DNA of 63,628 nt, the filler included, from Olpidium bornovanus S191 (taxonomy: Eukaryota; Fungi; Olpidiomycota): the NCBI GenBank assembly GCA_017911155.1. It is 31 parts of 31 records of this genome, joined end to end, with 100 filler letters (N's around TTAATTAATTAA, not from the genome) between each part and the next. Parts side by side here need not be neighbours in the genome. Positions count along the whole stretch, not along the records: positions 32,723 to 35,688 come from JAEFCI010010373.1; positions 35,789 to 36,835 come from JAEFCI010010807.1; positions 36,936 to 39,193 come from JAEFCI010004240.1; positions 39,294 to 41,081 come from JAEFCI010006695.1; positions 41,182 to 42,230 come from JAEFCI010003941.1; positions 42,331 to 43,484 come from JAEFCI010011439.1; positions 43,585 to 47,753 come from JAEFCI010006707.1; 24 more parts are not named here. One strand, 5' to 3'. The notes under the pieces are model-generated. The model was not told the DNA's origin and did no database searches. It worked only from the letters and a program-made list of their open reading frames with translations. Numbering within the stretch: position 1 is the stretch's first letter; each line of letters starts with the position of its first letter. This document shows, in pieces, positions 34,901 through 45,899 of this stretch. Both the position numbers and the translations under genes were made by a program.

Positions 34901-35832
34901 CGGTGGTTCCCGAAGTTATACAGCTGTCTCCGCCGGCGCGGCTGGATCCGAGGTCCCCGTGCGTTGCGGAGTAGCAGAGAGGGCCTTTTGGAAGCGCCTG
35001 GCGGAGGAGCGGTGGGCATACCCGATGTGGAACGGGAACCAGAACGACATTCCGCGAGAAACGAGGGGTTGCTCGGCGAAGCTTCGCACGTGGTATCGCC
35101 GGGGGCTCCGTTCGTGACGCCGCTTGGGACGCCGCTGGGGACGCCGTTTGGGACGCCGTCTGCCTCGCGGGTTCAAGTTTCGAATGCGGGCCAGATGCGC
35201 AGGATTTTTACGAACGCTGCCCGGCCTTCCTGGGGGACGGGCTTCCCGCCGGAGGTTCGCCGGCCATGGCCGCTTCCTCCGCGGGAGGTCGGCCGGACCG
35301 TCCGGGCTCTGCGTTGGTTGCTCTGGTAGCAGCAAAACAAAACACTTCGGCTGTCTTGTTGCTGGATATCTTGTTGAGGCAAGCAACTTGCCAAATTTTG
35401 ATGTTTTAGCGGCTCATCAGCATTCTCACCGTGTTCCCATTCGTTCCTCCGTAGCTTTTGTCGGCACGGCTGCCTTAGCGCCTTGCGCCGGAAATCCAAG
35501 AAATTTCCTGCTCGCGTGACTTGTTGGCGGTGTTTCATTAACGTCAACGAGAGTGTTCCGCGATTACTGCTTAGCCCTTACGGCTTTATTGGGCGGACCG
35601 CAACCTTCGTTGGTAAGCCGTCCAGGACGCCACGACGACCCGTCAGATGCGCCTGTTGGCGACTTCGCTGCGAGCAGCAGTGTCATGANNNNNNNNNNNN
35701 NNNNNNNNNNNNNNNNNNNNNNNNNNNNNNNNTTAATTAATTAANNNNNNNNNNNNNNNNNNNNNNNNNNNNNNNNNNNNNNNNNNNNCATGTGGCCGCG
35801 TACCCGAATAATGACTTGCTCGCTTCCGGCAG

Positions 35833-36714
35833 GAGAAAGTCGAGAGACACTTCGGCGAGTTTGGCACACTAGAGCGCGTGCACGTTCTGCGCGACAAGGT
35901 CGTCGCATTCGTCACTTACGATAACCGAGCGAACGCCGAATTTGCCAAGGAGGCGATGTCGGACCAAAGCCTGGATCATAACGAGGTGCCTTTGCTGCCG
36001 GGTGATCACAAAAAAAAAATCCCGGCGCTGCTAACATTGAATTTTTTTTTCCAAAACAGATTCTTAATGTCCGGTACGACTACTGCTTCCAGGTGTGCTC
36101 GTCGGTTGTGTGCCGTCGCCTGACCACCGGCTCTTTATTCGCGGGAATCGGTTTCCAGTTGGGCAAGCGAAGATCCCAACCCTGCCGCCCAAGCGAGAAA
36201 GAGGCAGCGGGCGGTTGAACAAGCGGTAGAGCACGTTCGACAGAAGCAGCAGCGTTTGGACGACACCGCGGCGCGCACGAAGGCGAACATGGTACACGCC
36301 ATTATCCCCCCAATGGATGGGCGGGCGGCTGAGGCCGGACGTTACGTAACCCCCGGATACCCAACGCCGCAAGTGCCTGGGGTGCCAGTCGTGGATGCAC
36401 CCTATGCACCCTATGCGCCGGCATCTGCCGGTTCTTCGCTGGTTGAACATGTTGCCGGAGCGTTGAGCCAGTGCGCGCGCCCGGTGGACGTCAGGGCAAG
36501 AACAGCATCGTTGCAGAACGCAACAAATAGTGGTCCGCAATGTCTGAGCGCCATCATGGCCACGTACGGCGACACGTCGACGGACGACGAAGAGGAGGAG
36601 GAGGAGGGCGAGAAAGACGAGAAAGAGGAGGAAGGCGAGAAAAACGAGAAGGACGAAAAGGAGAGGGCAAGGAGGGTAGGAGGAGCGGGTGTTGGCGGCG
36701 GAAAACGAGTATAG
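35833..36714 (+). CDS. CWC2: Pre-mRNA splicing factor Cwc2 (RRM and C-terminus)
   Basis: HFGEFGTLERVHVLRDKVVAFVTYDNRANAEFAKEAMSDQSLDHNE/ILNVR/WASEDPNPAAQAR. Confidence 0.9.
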
Positions 36715-37110
36715 ACAAGGTGGAGGAATACACAGCCGGTGGCGTTAACGCCAGATGATGAAAAAGAGAGCAGGTGGAAATGCTCCTTCCGTTTCACTGT
36801 ACTTTGCGACCCAGTTCCGGAAAGAGGTGTGGAAGNNNNNNNNNNNNNNNNNNNNNNNNNNNNNNNNNNNNNNNNNNNNTTAATTAATTAANNNNNNNNN
36901 NNNNNNNNNNNNNNNNNNNNNNNNNNNNNNNNNNNCGTCCGGAATTGCATTGCGGTAAAAAATACTCCTGTGTCCCTTGTATTCCCTACATCGATCCTAG
37001 ATATGCAAATCTTTGGAGACCGTTCCTTGTAGGAAATTTTTGGAGACCGTCCCATGCAAATGCAGGGGGTTCTGCACGTGCCACCACGCGGGCGAACGGC
37101 CTTCCCCCCA

Positions 37111-37341
37111 CTCCACGTTCCACTCTCCCAGGCCAGCACGGCCCAAGGCTTCCCTACTTATCAAATGGCCGAACCGAGCGAAAGGGGGCCGCGCGTTCGT
37201 TGTTGCGTTCCACGTACCGAAAAAAACCCCCTCCCCCTCCACGTTCCACTCTCCCAGGCCAGCACGGCCCAAGGCTTCCCTACTTATCGAATGGCCGAAC
37301 CGAGCGAAAGGGGGCCGCGCGTCCGTTGTTGCGTTCCACGT
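37111..37341. repeat. 105-bp direct duplication (period 126 bp)
   Basis: 37111-37215 and 37237-37341 are nearly identical (about 3 differences) and separated by a 21-nt A/C-run spacer. Confidence 0.93.
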
Positions 37342-38595
37342 GCCGAGTACGCTGTGTCGGGACAAAGGCAGGCTCGCCGCTCAGAACCACACAGGTCGCA
37401 GCGGCGCTTGGCGGACGCGGCGACGAGGCCGAACACTTATTCTCGGAGAGTTTATTGCCGGCGCTTTCACATCGACTGCACACGATCCCCCTTCTGATTT
37501 CTGCTCCCTGTCGACCGCAGTTTTGGTAGTGCGCAATCGGGCCCGCATGGTCAAGTGGTCCGGTCTCCATATGTCGGCCAGGAGGCGCTCACGTTAGCGG
37601 CCCCTTTTTTCTTCCAGGGTTCAGCAAGACCGTTCGCGTTTTCAACCGGGATCCGCAGCTGATCGCGCACTTCACCTCCGCAAGACGCGACACCGAAAAC
37701 CGGGCAAGCCGCAGCCGGATCGCCGCCCGCAAAAATTTTGTAGCGAACCCGTTGGGAAAACCGGGAGTAAGGGCGGGGGGGATCGGGACCGCTGCTCCCT
37801 TTGCGTTGCGCTTGCCGCACGCGCTGGCTTGGTTTTTTTTTTTTTTTCCGCTTCCGACACCCGTCGCAGCACGCACGCGTAAGCGCGGAATTCGCGGCAT
37901 GTTCCGGGCGGCGACCGGTGATTTGAATTGCGATTTAGTTGGGGAGAGAAAGAGAGTGTGATAGTGTGACAGAGAGTGTGAGAGAGAGAGAGAGAGCGCG
38001 CGCGCGTGCGGCGCACGTCCTTTCCTTCTCATCTCCCTCTCTCTCCGGTTCTACGGCGCAGATGTTTTCGGGTCACCCTTTTCCCGCCCCACACGCGGTT
38101 TCCCCCCCGCCCACCGCCCCACCACCGCCCGCCCGCTGCAGACCGCGTCTCTGGTCTCTCTCTCTCTCTTTCTCTCTTTTTCCTCTCTCTCTGGTGGGCA
38201 AAAGATAAAAGCAACCCCAGGGAGAAAGATCTCCTCCCTCCCCTTCCAAACATGCTCCCCGGTCTTGGCTTCCGCGCCGGCGGACCCCGCCTGGCGACGG
38301 CGGCAGGTGGCCGCGTCAGATCGCGACGGTGAGGAGGAGACCATCGCCCAGAAAGCCCGGCGAGATAAATTGGGATTTCGCGTTTGACCCTCGGCAACCC
38401 CCCCTTCTTTCCCCGTTCCCGCAGACCGGACTCTCGTCGTCCCATTGCCTCGGAAAGAGGCCCTCTCCGTCCGGCGAGGAGGCGTCCTCCGCGGCCTTGT
38501 CCGGCAGTCGGAGCCGTCCCGGTGAGCGGAGGGATGCGCGCGAGCAGAACAGCGTGCCCGATGCGCTGCTGACGGAGGGAAACAAGCTCCCTTCC

Positions 38596-38741
38596 TGTTA
38601 GGAATAAAGAACCGAGCTTGCCGTGGCACTGCGCGCACCCTGCCCGGAGATTTTCCCCCTCTACGTAAAACCGGCAAATCGGCGGAATACAGAAGCTCTT
38701 TGAGCGCCTCTCAAAGCTCATATTCGACAGGTAATGAGCCC
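38596..38741 (+). mobile_element. 134-bp 5' LTR plus half-tRNAiMet-type PBS
   Basis: TGTTAGGAATA (38596)...TATTCGACA (38729) with imperfect inverted termini, followed directly by GGTAATGAGCCC (38730-38741). Confidence 0.75.
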
Positions 38742-38809
38742 AAGCCGTTGACTCCCCGTCCAACCACCACCACCACCAACACCGCTCGCCGTTCGTCGGC
38801 GCACTGCTC

Positions 38810-39175
38810 GCCGTCCGTCGGCGCTCGCGAAGAGAAGCCGTCCGTCGGCGCCCGCGAAGAAAAGCCGTCCGTCGGCGCTCGCGAAAAGAAGAAGAAGAAG
38901 CCGTCAGTCGGCGCACCGCTCTCGCTCGTTCGGGCGCACGGCTCTCGCTCGTTCGACACCGCTCTGCCGTCCGTCGGCGCACCGCTCGCCGTCCGTCGGC
39001 GCACCGCTCGCCGTCCGTTCGGCGCACCGCCCTCGCCGTCCGTCGGCGCCCCGCTCCCGCCCGTCCGGCGCCCCGCTCTCGCCGTCCGTCGGCGCACCGC
39101 TCCCGCCCGTCCGGCGCACCGTTCCCGCCGTCCGTCGACGCTTGCGAGGAAAAACCGTCCGTCGACGCTCGCGAA
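38810..39175 (+). repeat. GC-rich dispersed tandem array of the CCGTCCGTCGGCGC motif, downstream of the PBS
   Basis: About 10 copies with variable spacers. Confidence 0.85.
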
Positions 39176-39293
39176 GAAAAACCGCCCGTTGACNNNNNNN
39201 NNNNNNNNNNNNNNNNNNNNNNNNNNNNNNNNNNNNNTTAATTAATTAANNNNNNNNNNNNNNNNNNNNNNNNNNNNNNNNNNNNNNNNNNNN

Positions 39294-41003
39294 CTTGCGC
39301 AACGAGAGGATTACGGCTACGCCCCATTTTCAGGACGTGCGGCATATTGAGCTCGATGCCGGGAATATGAGGTGCACTGCGGAATTTTGGCGTTCGTATG
39401 CCGCGCACGTCATGCGGAATATGGTGCGAACTATTCACGTCGCAGTTACGAACCAGGAGACGTAGCAGTCATTCAGCCTAGAAATCTTCCAAACGATGTT
39501 GAAAATTTACTTCGCGTCTTGGGATGGCTGGAAATTGCCGACGTACCGATACAAATATTGCCAAGCACCGACGGTAGGACGTCGCGTTTTCCAGCTGATG
39601 ATTGCTCTTAGCGGGTGTTGTTTGTGTAATAACACCTTTCAAATGTCGCTTCGCTCGTTTTGTTTCGCGCAGAAATACCCGTACCCGCTCATTATGACAG
39701 ACCGCCTTCGGCCCTGTGGACTATGCGTCGCCTGCTTACCTACCGCCTGTCCGTGGTGAGCCCGCCGCGCAGACATTTTTTTGAGCTCGCGGGCTTCTTC
39801 ACCTCGTCCGATTTGGAGCGAGAGAAGCTTCAGGAGTTCGCGTCTACCGAGGGTCAGGAGGTCCTCCAAGAGTATTGTTATCTGCAGAAGCGCACTCCGC
39901 TCGAGGTTCTACGCGACTTTCCCAACACCCGCCCCCCGCCGGAATACTGCTTCGACCTATTTCCCGAGATGAAGCCCCGGCAGTTCAGCATAGCTAGCGA
40001 CCGCCGAGTCGTTGGTGATCGTATCGACCTTTGCGTCGCGATCGTCCAGTACAGAACCAAGCTCCAAGACCTCCGCGAGGGCGTCTGTACCAAGTGGATG
40101 AAGGAGCTCGGTGTTTATGGAGGTGGGATCGCGCGTTGTTATCGCGAGCATTCGCGGCGTGATTCGCTGTTAACCGTGACAATACGTTCCGCATTTGTAA
40201 CGAACGCCTTTCGAGATTGCCAGAACCCAGACATGGACCGGGTCCACTGTTGCAGTCCATCGTTCCTCTGTGCATCCAAAAGGGATCTATGCGTTTTCCG
40301 GCGGATCCGTCGGCACCGGTCATATTGGTTGGACCTGGTGTGTCTAATCGCTATCATTGCAATTCAAAAACATGTGTCCTGCTTTCCTGACAGAGCGTCA
40401 TCCTTTTTGCCGCCGTGAAAAGGGACGGGCGTCGCGCCCATGCGGTCATTCCTCCAACGTCGCCTGCCACCCGTCCCTTCATCTCCGCTGGACCCGGCCC
40501 TGAAACTCAGCATTTCACCCGAGGGACCGACAACCGCTCTCTTTTTCGGTTTCCGGCACGCTGCAAAGGACTTTTATTACCGGTACGAGCTACGATCCTG
40601 GGAATCCGCCGGCCACCTCCGCCTGTGCGTCGCACCGAGCCGGGACGGGCCGAGGAAAGTCTACGTGCAGGACCGTATCCGAGAGGCAGGAGAGTGGGTG
40701 TGGCTGTGGCTCAAGAAAGGAGGGGTCGTCAGAGTCAGTGGGTGAGTGGCCTTTTTCTTTTGTGAACTTGGCGCTATAACAAAAGGCTGATTGGCCCGCG
40801 GAGTAGTACAAAAAGGCGATGTTTTCATTTCTGTTACTCTTACCGTCCCCATGCGCAGCAACGCCAACCGCATGCCGCAAGACGTCCGACAGGCATTCGT
40901 GGACGTTGCCGTTGTCCATGGTGGCCTCACGAGGGAGCAAGCCACCGAGTACCTCCAGCACATGCTCAAATCTGGGCGATATATGGAGGAGTGCTGGTAC
41001 TGA
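39294..41003 (+). CDS. NDOR1: NADPH-dependent diflavin oxidoreductase 1 (Tah18), FAD/NADPH domains, 5' partial
   Basis: QDVRHIELD.../YEPGDVAVIQPRN...PPRRHFFELAGFFTSSDLEREKLQEFAS..GQE.LQEYCY..KRTPLEVLRDFP...LFPEMKPRQFSIAS...IVQYRTKLQDLREGVCTKW...ILVGPG...FFGFRHAAKDFYY...KVYVQDRIRE...NANRMPQDVR...GRYMEECWY*. Confidence 0.93.
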
Positions 41004-41181
41004 AAGAAGTTCGGAACAAAGTGCTCCTACCGATGGGGTGGCGCACTGCCCAAACGCGGCTGAGCGCCCGGAGCGGCAGTANNNNNNNNNNNNNNNNNNN
41101 NNNNNNNNNNNNNNNNNNNNNNNNNTTAATTAATTAANNNNNNNNNNNNNNNNNNNNNNNNNNNNNNNNNNNNNNNNNNNN

Positions 41182-41943
41182 CATGTGAGGCAACTCGAAA
41201 GCCCCGTAGTGCACCCCGCCGGCCACCGACATCCGCTGTATGGTGAACGCCTCGTCCTCGCCGGCGGCGGCGTCGTCGCCGCGGGGCGCGACGCTCCCGT
41301 CGAGGACTTCCACGAGGGCGTTGACGACGGTGGCGTCCGAGAGGCCCACGCCCGGAGCCGCCTCGTAGGCGAAGGCCCGGTTTTCGAGATAGCTGTGCCT
41401 GTACTTCTGCACGGCGCCGTTGTTGACGAAGTGCAAGACTTTGGCTTCGTCGGTGAAGGTGATCACGCCGTGCGGGACGGAAGCCGGGTCGATCTCGAGG
41501 GAGACCGAGCTGGCCTTCGGCGCGAAGAGGAGGGCGAGGGCGTTCCCCCCGCCCTCCTGGAAGCCGCTCATGCCGCAGAGGAAGCCGCTGTGGACGTCGA
41601 ACGAGTGGAGCACTGGGAACTCGCCCTCGCCGTCGTCCCAGGCGGCCTCGAAGTACTTCGTCGCCGAAGTGTTGAACCTGATCTTGCCGTGCCGATTGCC
41701 CCGGCAGTCGGTGGACTGCTCGAGGTAGGTGATCCTTTCGCCGGGCTCGAAGTCGTGCGACTCGTAGCAGCCCAGGGGGCTGCCCGCCGCGAACTGCTCG
41801 CCGTCGCGGAAAGTCATCCGTATGCCCTCCATTCGCCGCTCTCCCCAGACTTCGAGCTTCGTGATGGCGTTGCCGTTTCCGCAGCCGGTGTGGGAAAAGC
41901 GGGACCCTTCCCGGTTCCCGAGGGCGCTGACGTCGGCTTCCAT
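41182..41943 (-). CDS. Jacalin-like lectin plus aerolysin-type domain protein (natterin-like Dln1/Aep1 family), intronless, 3' partial
   Basis: GNREGSRFSHTGCGNGNAITKLEVW...GIRMTFRDG...GSPLG....DFEPGERITYL...GNRHGKIRFNTS...FDVHSGFLCGMSG...LALLF parallels zebrafish Dln1 as recalled ([25 protein letters not shown]...FTPGECFTSL...GTRLGAIKFKTN...MDVGSGYCLGIVG...MGFMF). The end HYGAFELP matches GRASFDLPY. Confidence 0.78.
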
Positions 41944-42778
41944 CGCAATCGCCGCCCGGACGGGCGGGCGCCGGACGGACTCGTTAGCGCCGCCCGGACC
42001 CTTTCCCTCTCGAGCAAGCGCCCACTCCCTCGCATTGACTGAAGGTCCGTCATTACAACTTCCTCCCTGGATAACGCTCGGACTTTGCAGGTTACCTGCG
42101 GGGAAGGACGACCGGGAGTTAAAATAAAAATAAATAAATTAAGTTACGGGGTCGAAGGTCCCGCGCAAATTAACCCGGCCGAATCATTTCCGGGCTGGCT
42201 GGAAACGAAAAAAAAGAAAAAAAAAAAAAANNNNNNNNNNNNNNNNNNNNNNNNNNNNNNNNNNNNNNNNNNNNTTAATTAATTAANNNNNNNNNNNNNN
42301 NNNNNNNNNNNNNNNNNNNNNNNNNNNNNNCATGGGAGTCAGATACGTACGATGGGGGAAGTGTAGCAAACAAAAGAGGGAAAGAGGGAATACGACGTGT
42401 GTATCGGCGCGCCGGGGACAACGTTTTATCGCACCCGTCATCCCATTAAGAATTCGGTGTTTTAAAAAGGCAGGAACCAGATGGCAGTTTTAAAAGAATT
42501 CATAGAGCCTTGTGGCTGCTTTGTCTCCGTCACTTTTCGAGCCTTGCGCGCTCTTCACCGGCTCGCCTTGGTTTACCACACGGAGGTGGTGTGTGGGGGA
42601 TGCGATAATAATCCGGTTTCTTTTTCTCCTCCCCCTTGAGCCTTGAGGGGGGTAAGAAATCTAATGCGGGTTAAAAATCTAATGCGGGGGGGGGTTTTTT
42701 TTTACAAAAAACAACAGAAAAAAGCGCTAATGATAAAGATGCAATGAAAAACAACGGGAGGACGGTTTTGATTCTTGG

Positions 42779-43484
42779 TCACCGGAACGGCTGGCCTGTT
42801 GCCCTGGACGCATCGGTGGGTAGCGGGTAAGGGTACCCCCTCCGGTAGCCGATGCCGTGATTGGCCAACGTCTCGACAATGTCGCCGAAATGCTCCAGGT
42901 CGCGGCCGTACGCGACGATGGTCATGCCGCCGCCGTTCATCTTGGCGGCGAGGGGCATGGCTGCCGTCGTCTTGATCCGCGAAGCTTTTGACCAGTCTGG
43001 GGAGGCTTGCTCGGCCCGGAGAGCCTTCCAGAATTTTCGCTGGGGGCCGTCCTCCTCCCGCCTCGGCACGAAGGGCCCCTCGGTCGCGCCGATGACTCTC
43101 ATCGGCCCGTCGACGAGCACGCGTTCGGCGACGCGCCGGACGTCCCGGAGGGTCACGGACGCGACGCGGTCGCACACCTCGCGGGCCGGGATCCTGCGCC
43201 CGAACAGCTGCACCTGTCGCGCCATGTCTTCGAGCTGGAAGGCGCGCCGTTCCAGGTTCATCAGAAACCCGAACGCAAGCTGATTGCGCGCGCGGCTCAG
43301 GTCCTCCTCCGTGATCGGCCGCCGGGGCACGTGCATCGCCGGCAGGTGAGGATCTGCGAGAGGCATGCGGAACGGCCTGCGCCCGCCTTCCCCAGCGCGT
43401 GATGAGTCGACGAACGGGCACAGCAAAGCGGCAAGCTCCGCGGCAATGACTGCCGGCAGAAGGCTGGCGTAGCGCGGTCGGCAA
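42779..43484 (-). CDS. MAS2: Mitochondrial processing peptidase alpha subunit (M16), C-terminus
   Basis: ITEEDLSRARNQLAFGFLMNLERRAFQLEDMARQVQLFGRRIPAREVCDRVASVTLRDVRRVAERV...TIVAYG. Confidence 0.82.
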
Positions 43485-43584
43485 NNNNNNNNNNNNNNNN
43501 NNNNNNNNNNNNNNNNNNNNNNNNNNNNTTAATTAATTAANNNNNNNNNNNNNNNNNNNNNNNNNNNNNNNNNNNNNNNNNNNN

Positions 43585-45340
43585 CCCCGCCCATTTCTCG
43601 CAAGGTGAGATGAGCATTCTTTGGCCCGCGGTGTGGCGGCGGATTATCCGCCGGCTTACGTGTGGAGCAGCTACATCCGTACGGCCGTAACTGGGGGAGG
43701 GGGGGGGTGCTCGATTACCGCGCCGTTTTCTAGAACTGAAGGACCTTCTCAAAAAGATCCTCGTCAAGGATCCCAAGGAACGCATCAGTGTCGAAGGCAT
43801 CCGTAATGATCCATGGGTCAATTTCGAGGAACCCGGCCCGCCGCTCCGCATCGAGCCGAAGGTGTCGGGAAAATTTGCGGCGCACAAGGCGGAGGACCCC
43901 GCGAGCTTTGCGAAACTAATATCGAGCATAACAAACGACATCGACTTCATCACGTACACGTTCACGCAACGCGGCGACCTCGAGACGAGGACGGAGCTCA
44001 TGAAAGCGGGGCTGCCGCCGAAAGAAAGCCCGCTGGCCGCGAAGCATCTCGCGGTCGTGCGCAGAAGACGCAGCCTGGCCGGCCCTCAGCCCGGCAGAGC
44101 GAGGGCGAGTTTCGGCGCGGCACCGGACCAAAATTCGTTCCGGGCGCAAGCGGCCGACGGAGACGACGTCAAGCGGATTTTGGAGGAAGGGTGCGAACTC
44201 GACACCCCACAGGGCCCGCCTGCGGACGGCCGCGGCCTCCGCCTGCCCGACCTGCCGGGGCAGGCGGACGGAGCCGAACCCACGGAAGAGCAGCCGGCGG
44301 AGATCGTCCCGCAGAGGCGCGCGCGTCGACATACGTCGGCGGTGGACCACGGGAGCCTGGCCTGCCAGCTGGCTCGAGCCCACGTGGCGGAGACGGCCGC
44401 CGCGAACGGCTTCCAGCCGGAGATCTACCCCGCCGCGTCCAGCGCGCGCGCCAGCAACGCGAACGTGCGCCGCCGGTCGGCGACCGCCGGCGACGGCGGC
44501 GGCTCGCCGCAGGGCGCGGACCAGGCGGTGACGTACGACGTCGAAGATTTCGAGGTCCCCGGACACCAGAAAAACCGGCCGCGCCGGCTGTCGATGGACG
44601 TGCTGTCGCTCACGGCCGCCCAGGCGCAGAACCAGCAGCAGTGGGCGCGCGGCCGCGCGGCGGCGGGCCCGCCACCGCCGCCGCCTGACGCCGCGGGCGG
44701 GCTCACGATGCAGGAGATCGAGGAGTACCACAACCTGCTCCGGCCGGCGCAGAAGATCCGCGTCGGGCGGTTCGCGTTCACGGTCGACACGACGTCCGCG
44801 GAGGCGCCGTCGACCGTCTTCTCGGAGATCCACCGCGCCCTGGTGGACCTGCAGAAGACGACGTACCCGACGCTCCGGTTCGAGCGCACGAACCCGGCCT
44901 ACTACCGGTTCACGTGCCGGTTCAGCAAGACCGGCGCGGAAGTCCCGCCGGCCTCGCCGGCCCTCTTCCCGAGCCAGGGGGGTGGGGCTGCGGTTGCGGC
45001 TGCGGCTGCTGCGGCGAGCGCGGCGTCCGAGCGGGGCGCGCGGGAAGAAGCCGACACCCTGTGCGCGCCTTCCACCAACCAGAGCTGGTTCTCGGGGGCG
45101 AGCCGCGGCGCGCCGGCGCCGCCCTCGCCGGGCGGCGGCGGCGGCGGCGGCACGACGCCGGGCGTAACCGCCAACATCCTGCCCATCACAGCGCAGCCCG
45201 AGGACGACGTCGTCTTCGAGGTCGAGGTCTGCAAGCTGTGGCTCCTGAAACTCCACGGCATCCGGATCAAGCGCAAGTGGGGGAGCGTGTTCCTGTACAA
45301 GGAGATCTACTCCATGCTCATCGAGCGGATTCACCTTTGA
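43585..45340 (+). CDS. MARK/KIN1/Par-1-type Ser/Thr kinase: end of kinase domain to C-terminal KA1 domain
   Basis: ELKDLLKKILVKDPKERISVEGIRNDPWVN (kinase subdomain XI); C-terminal FTVDTTSAEAPSTVFSEIHRAL...VVFEVEVCKLWLLKLHGIRIKRKWGSVFLYKEIYSMLIERIHL* (KA1). Confidence 0.85.
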
Positions 45341-45899
45341 GACTCTTCTCCGCGTCGGAAACCGCCGCCAATTTCCCCTCCCCGGCCTCCCTTTTCCCCT
45401 CAGTCAATTTTTTTTTAATTCTAGACCCGGCGTGACCCGCTGTCGTTCACGATGTGCCCCCCATTCGGCAGAATTAATCCCCCCCCCCCCTCTTCCCCCT
45501 TCCTTCCCGCCAATGCCACATTTCAAGCTCTGGCAACCCCCTTCGACAAGTCTGGGACTGGCGAAGGCATTGCCCCGATTTTTCAAAACCCCTCACCCCG
45601 CCCCCCTTCTCCTCTTTCCCGGCCGCCGCCGAAATTTTTTTTCTTTCGTTTTTTTCCACCGGCGGTTTCTTTTTTTTCCGGCTTGGGTTCGATTCACATC
45701 GATTTTGTGTTGTTTTTTTTTCTTTTTTTTTTTTAAAGAAAAAAGGAGGAAAAGGGGGGGAAGGGCGCCAACCAGCGGTTTTCTCGGCGAGGGGAGCAAA
45801 AAAGTCATCAAAAAGCGGCCGTGCCGAGAAAACGCCTCCCGGGTGGGGTGCGGATGGGGGGGGGGGAAGTGCGCGCGAGCGATTTTTTCTCCGTGCGTC

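Noticed and set aside
37111-37341. Duplicated unit as a hammerhead or HDV ribozyme retrozyme
   Set aside because: No CTGATGA...GAAA core on either strand and no convincing HDV pseudoknot by eye.
37340-37440. Minus-strand RRCDLCGSERRACLCP, like a DTW-domain zinc motif
   Set aside because: Short, bounded by stops, with no supporting downstream exons; likely chance.
37539-37625. GGCCCGCATGGTCAAGTGGT resembles a tRNA 5' end and A-box
   Set aside because: No TpsiC arm or B-box (GTTCGA) and no acceptor-stem partner at a plausible distance.
43916-45334. Long antisense ORFs (e.g. 43916-45334, 3705-4559, 41185-42042, 20315-21353)
   Set aside because: These are shadow ORFs produced by high GC3 on the opposite coding strand; the translations are R/G/A/P-rich with no domains.
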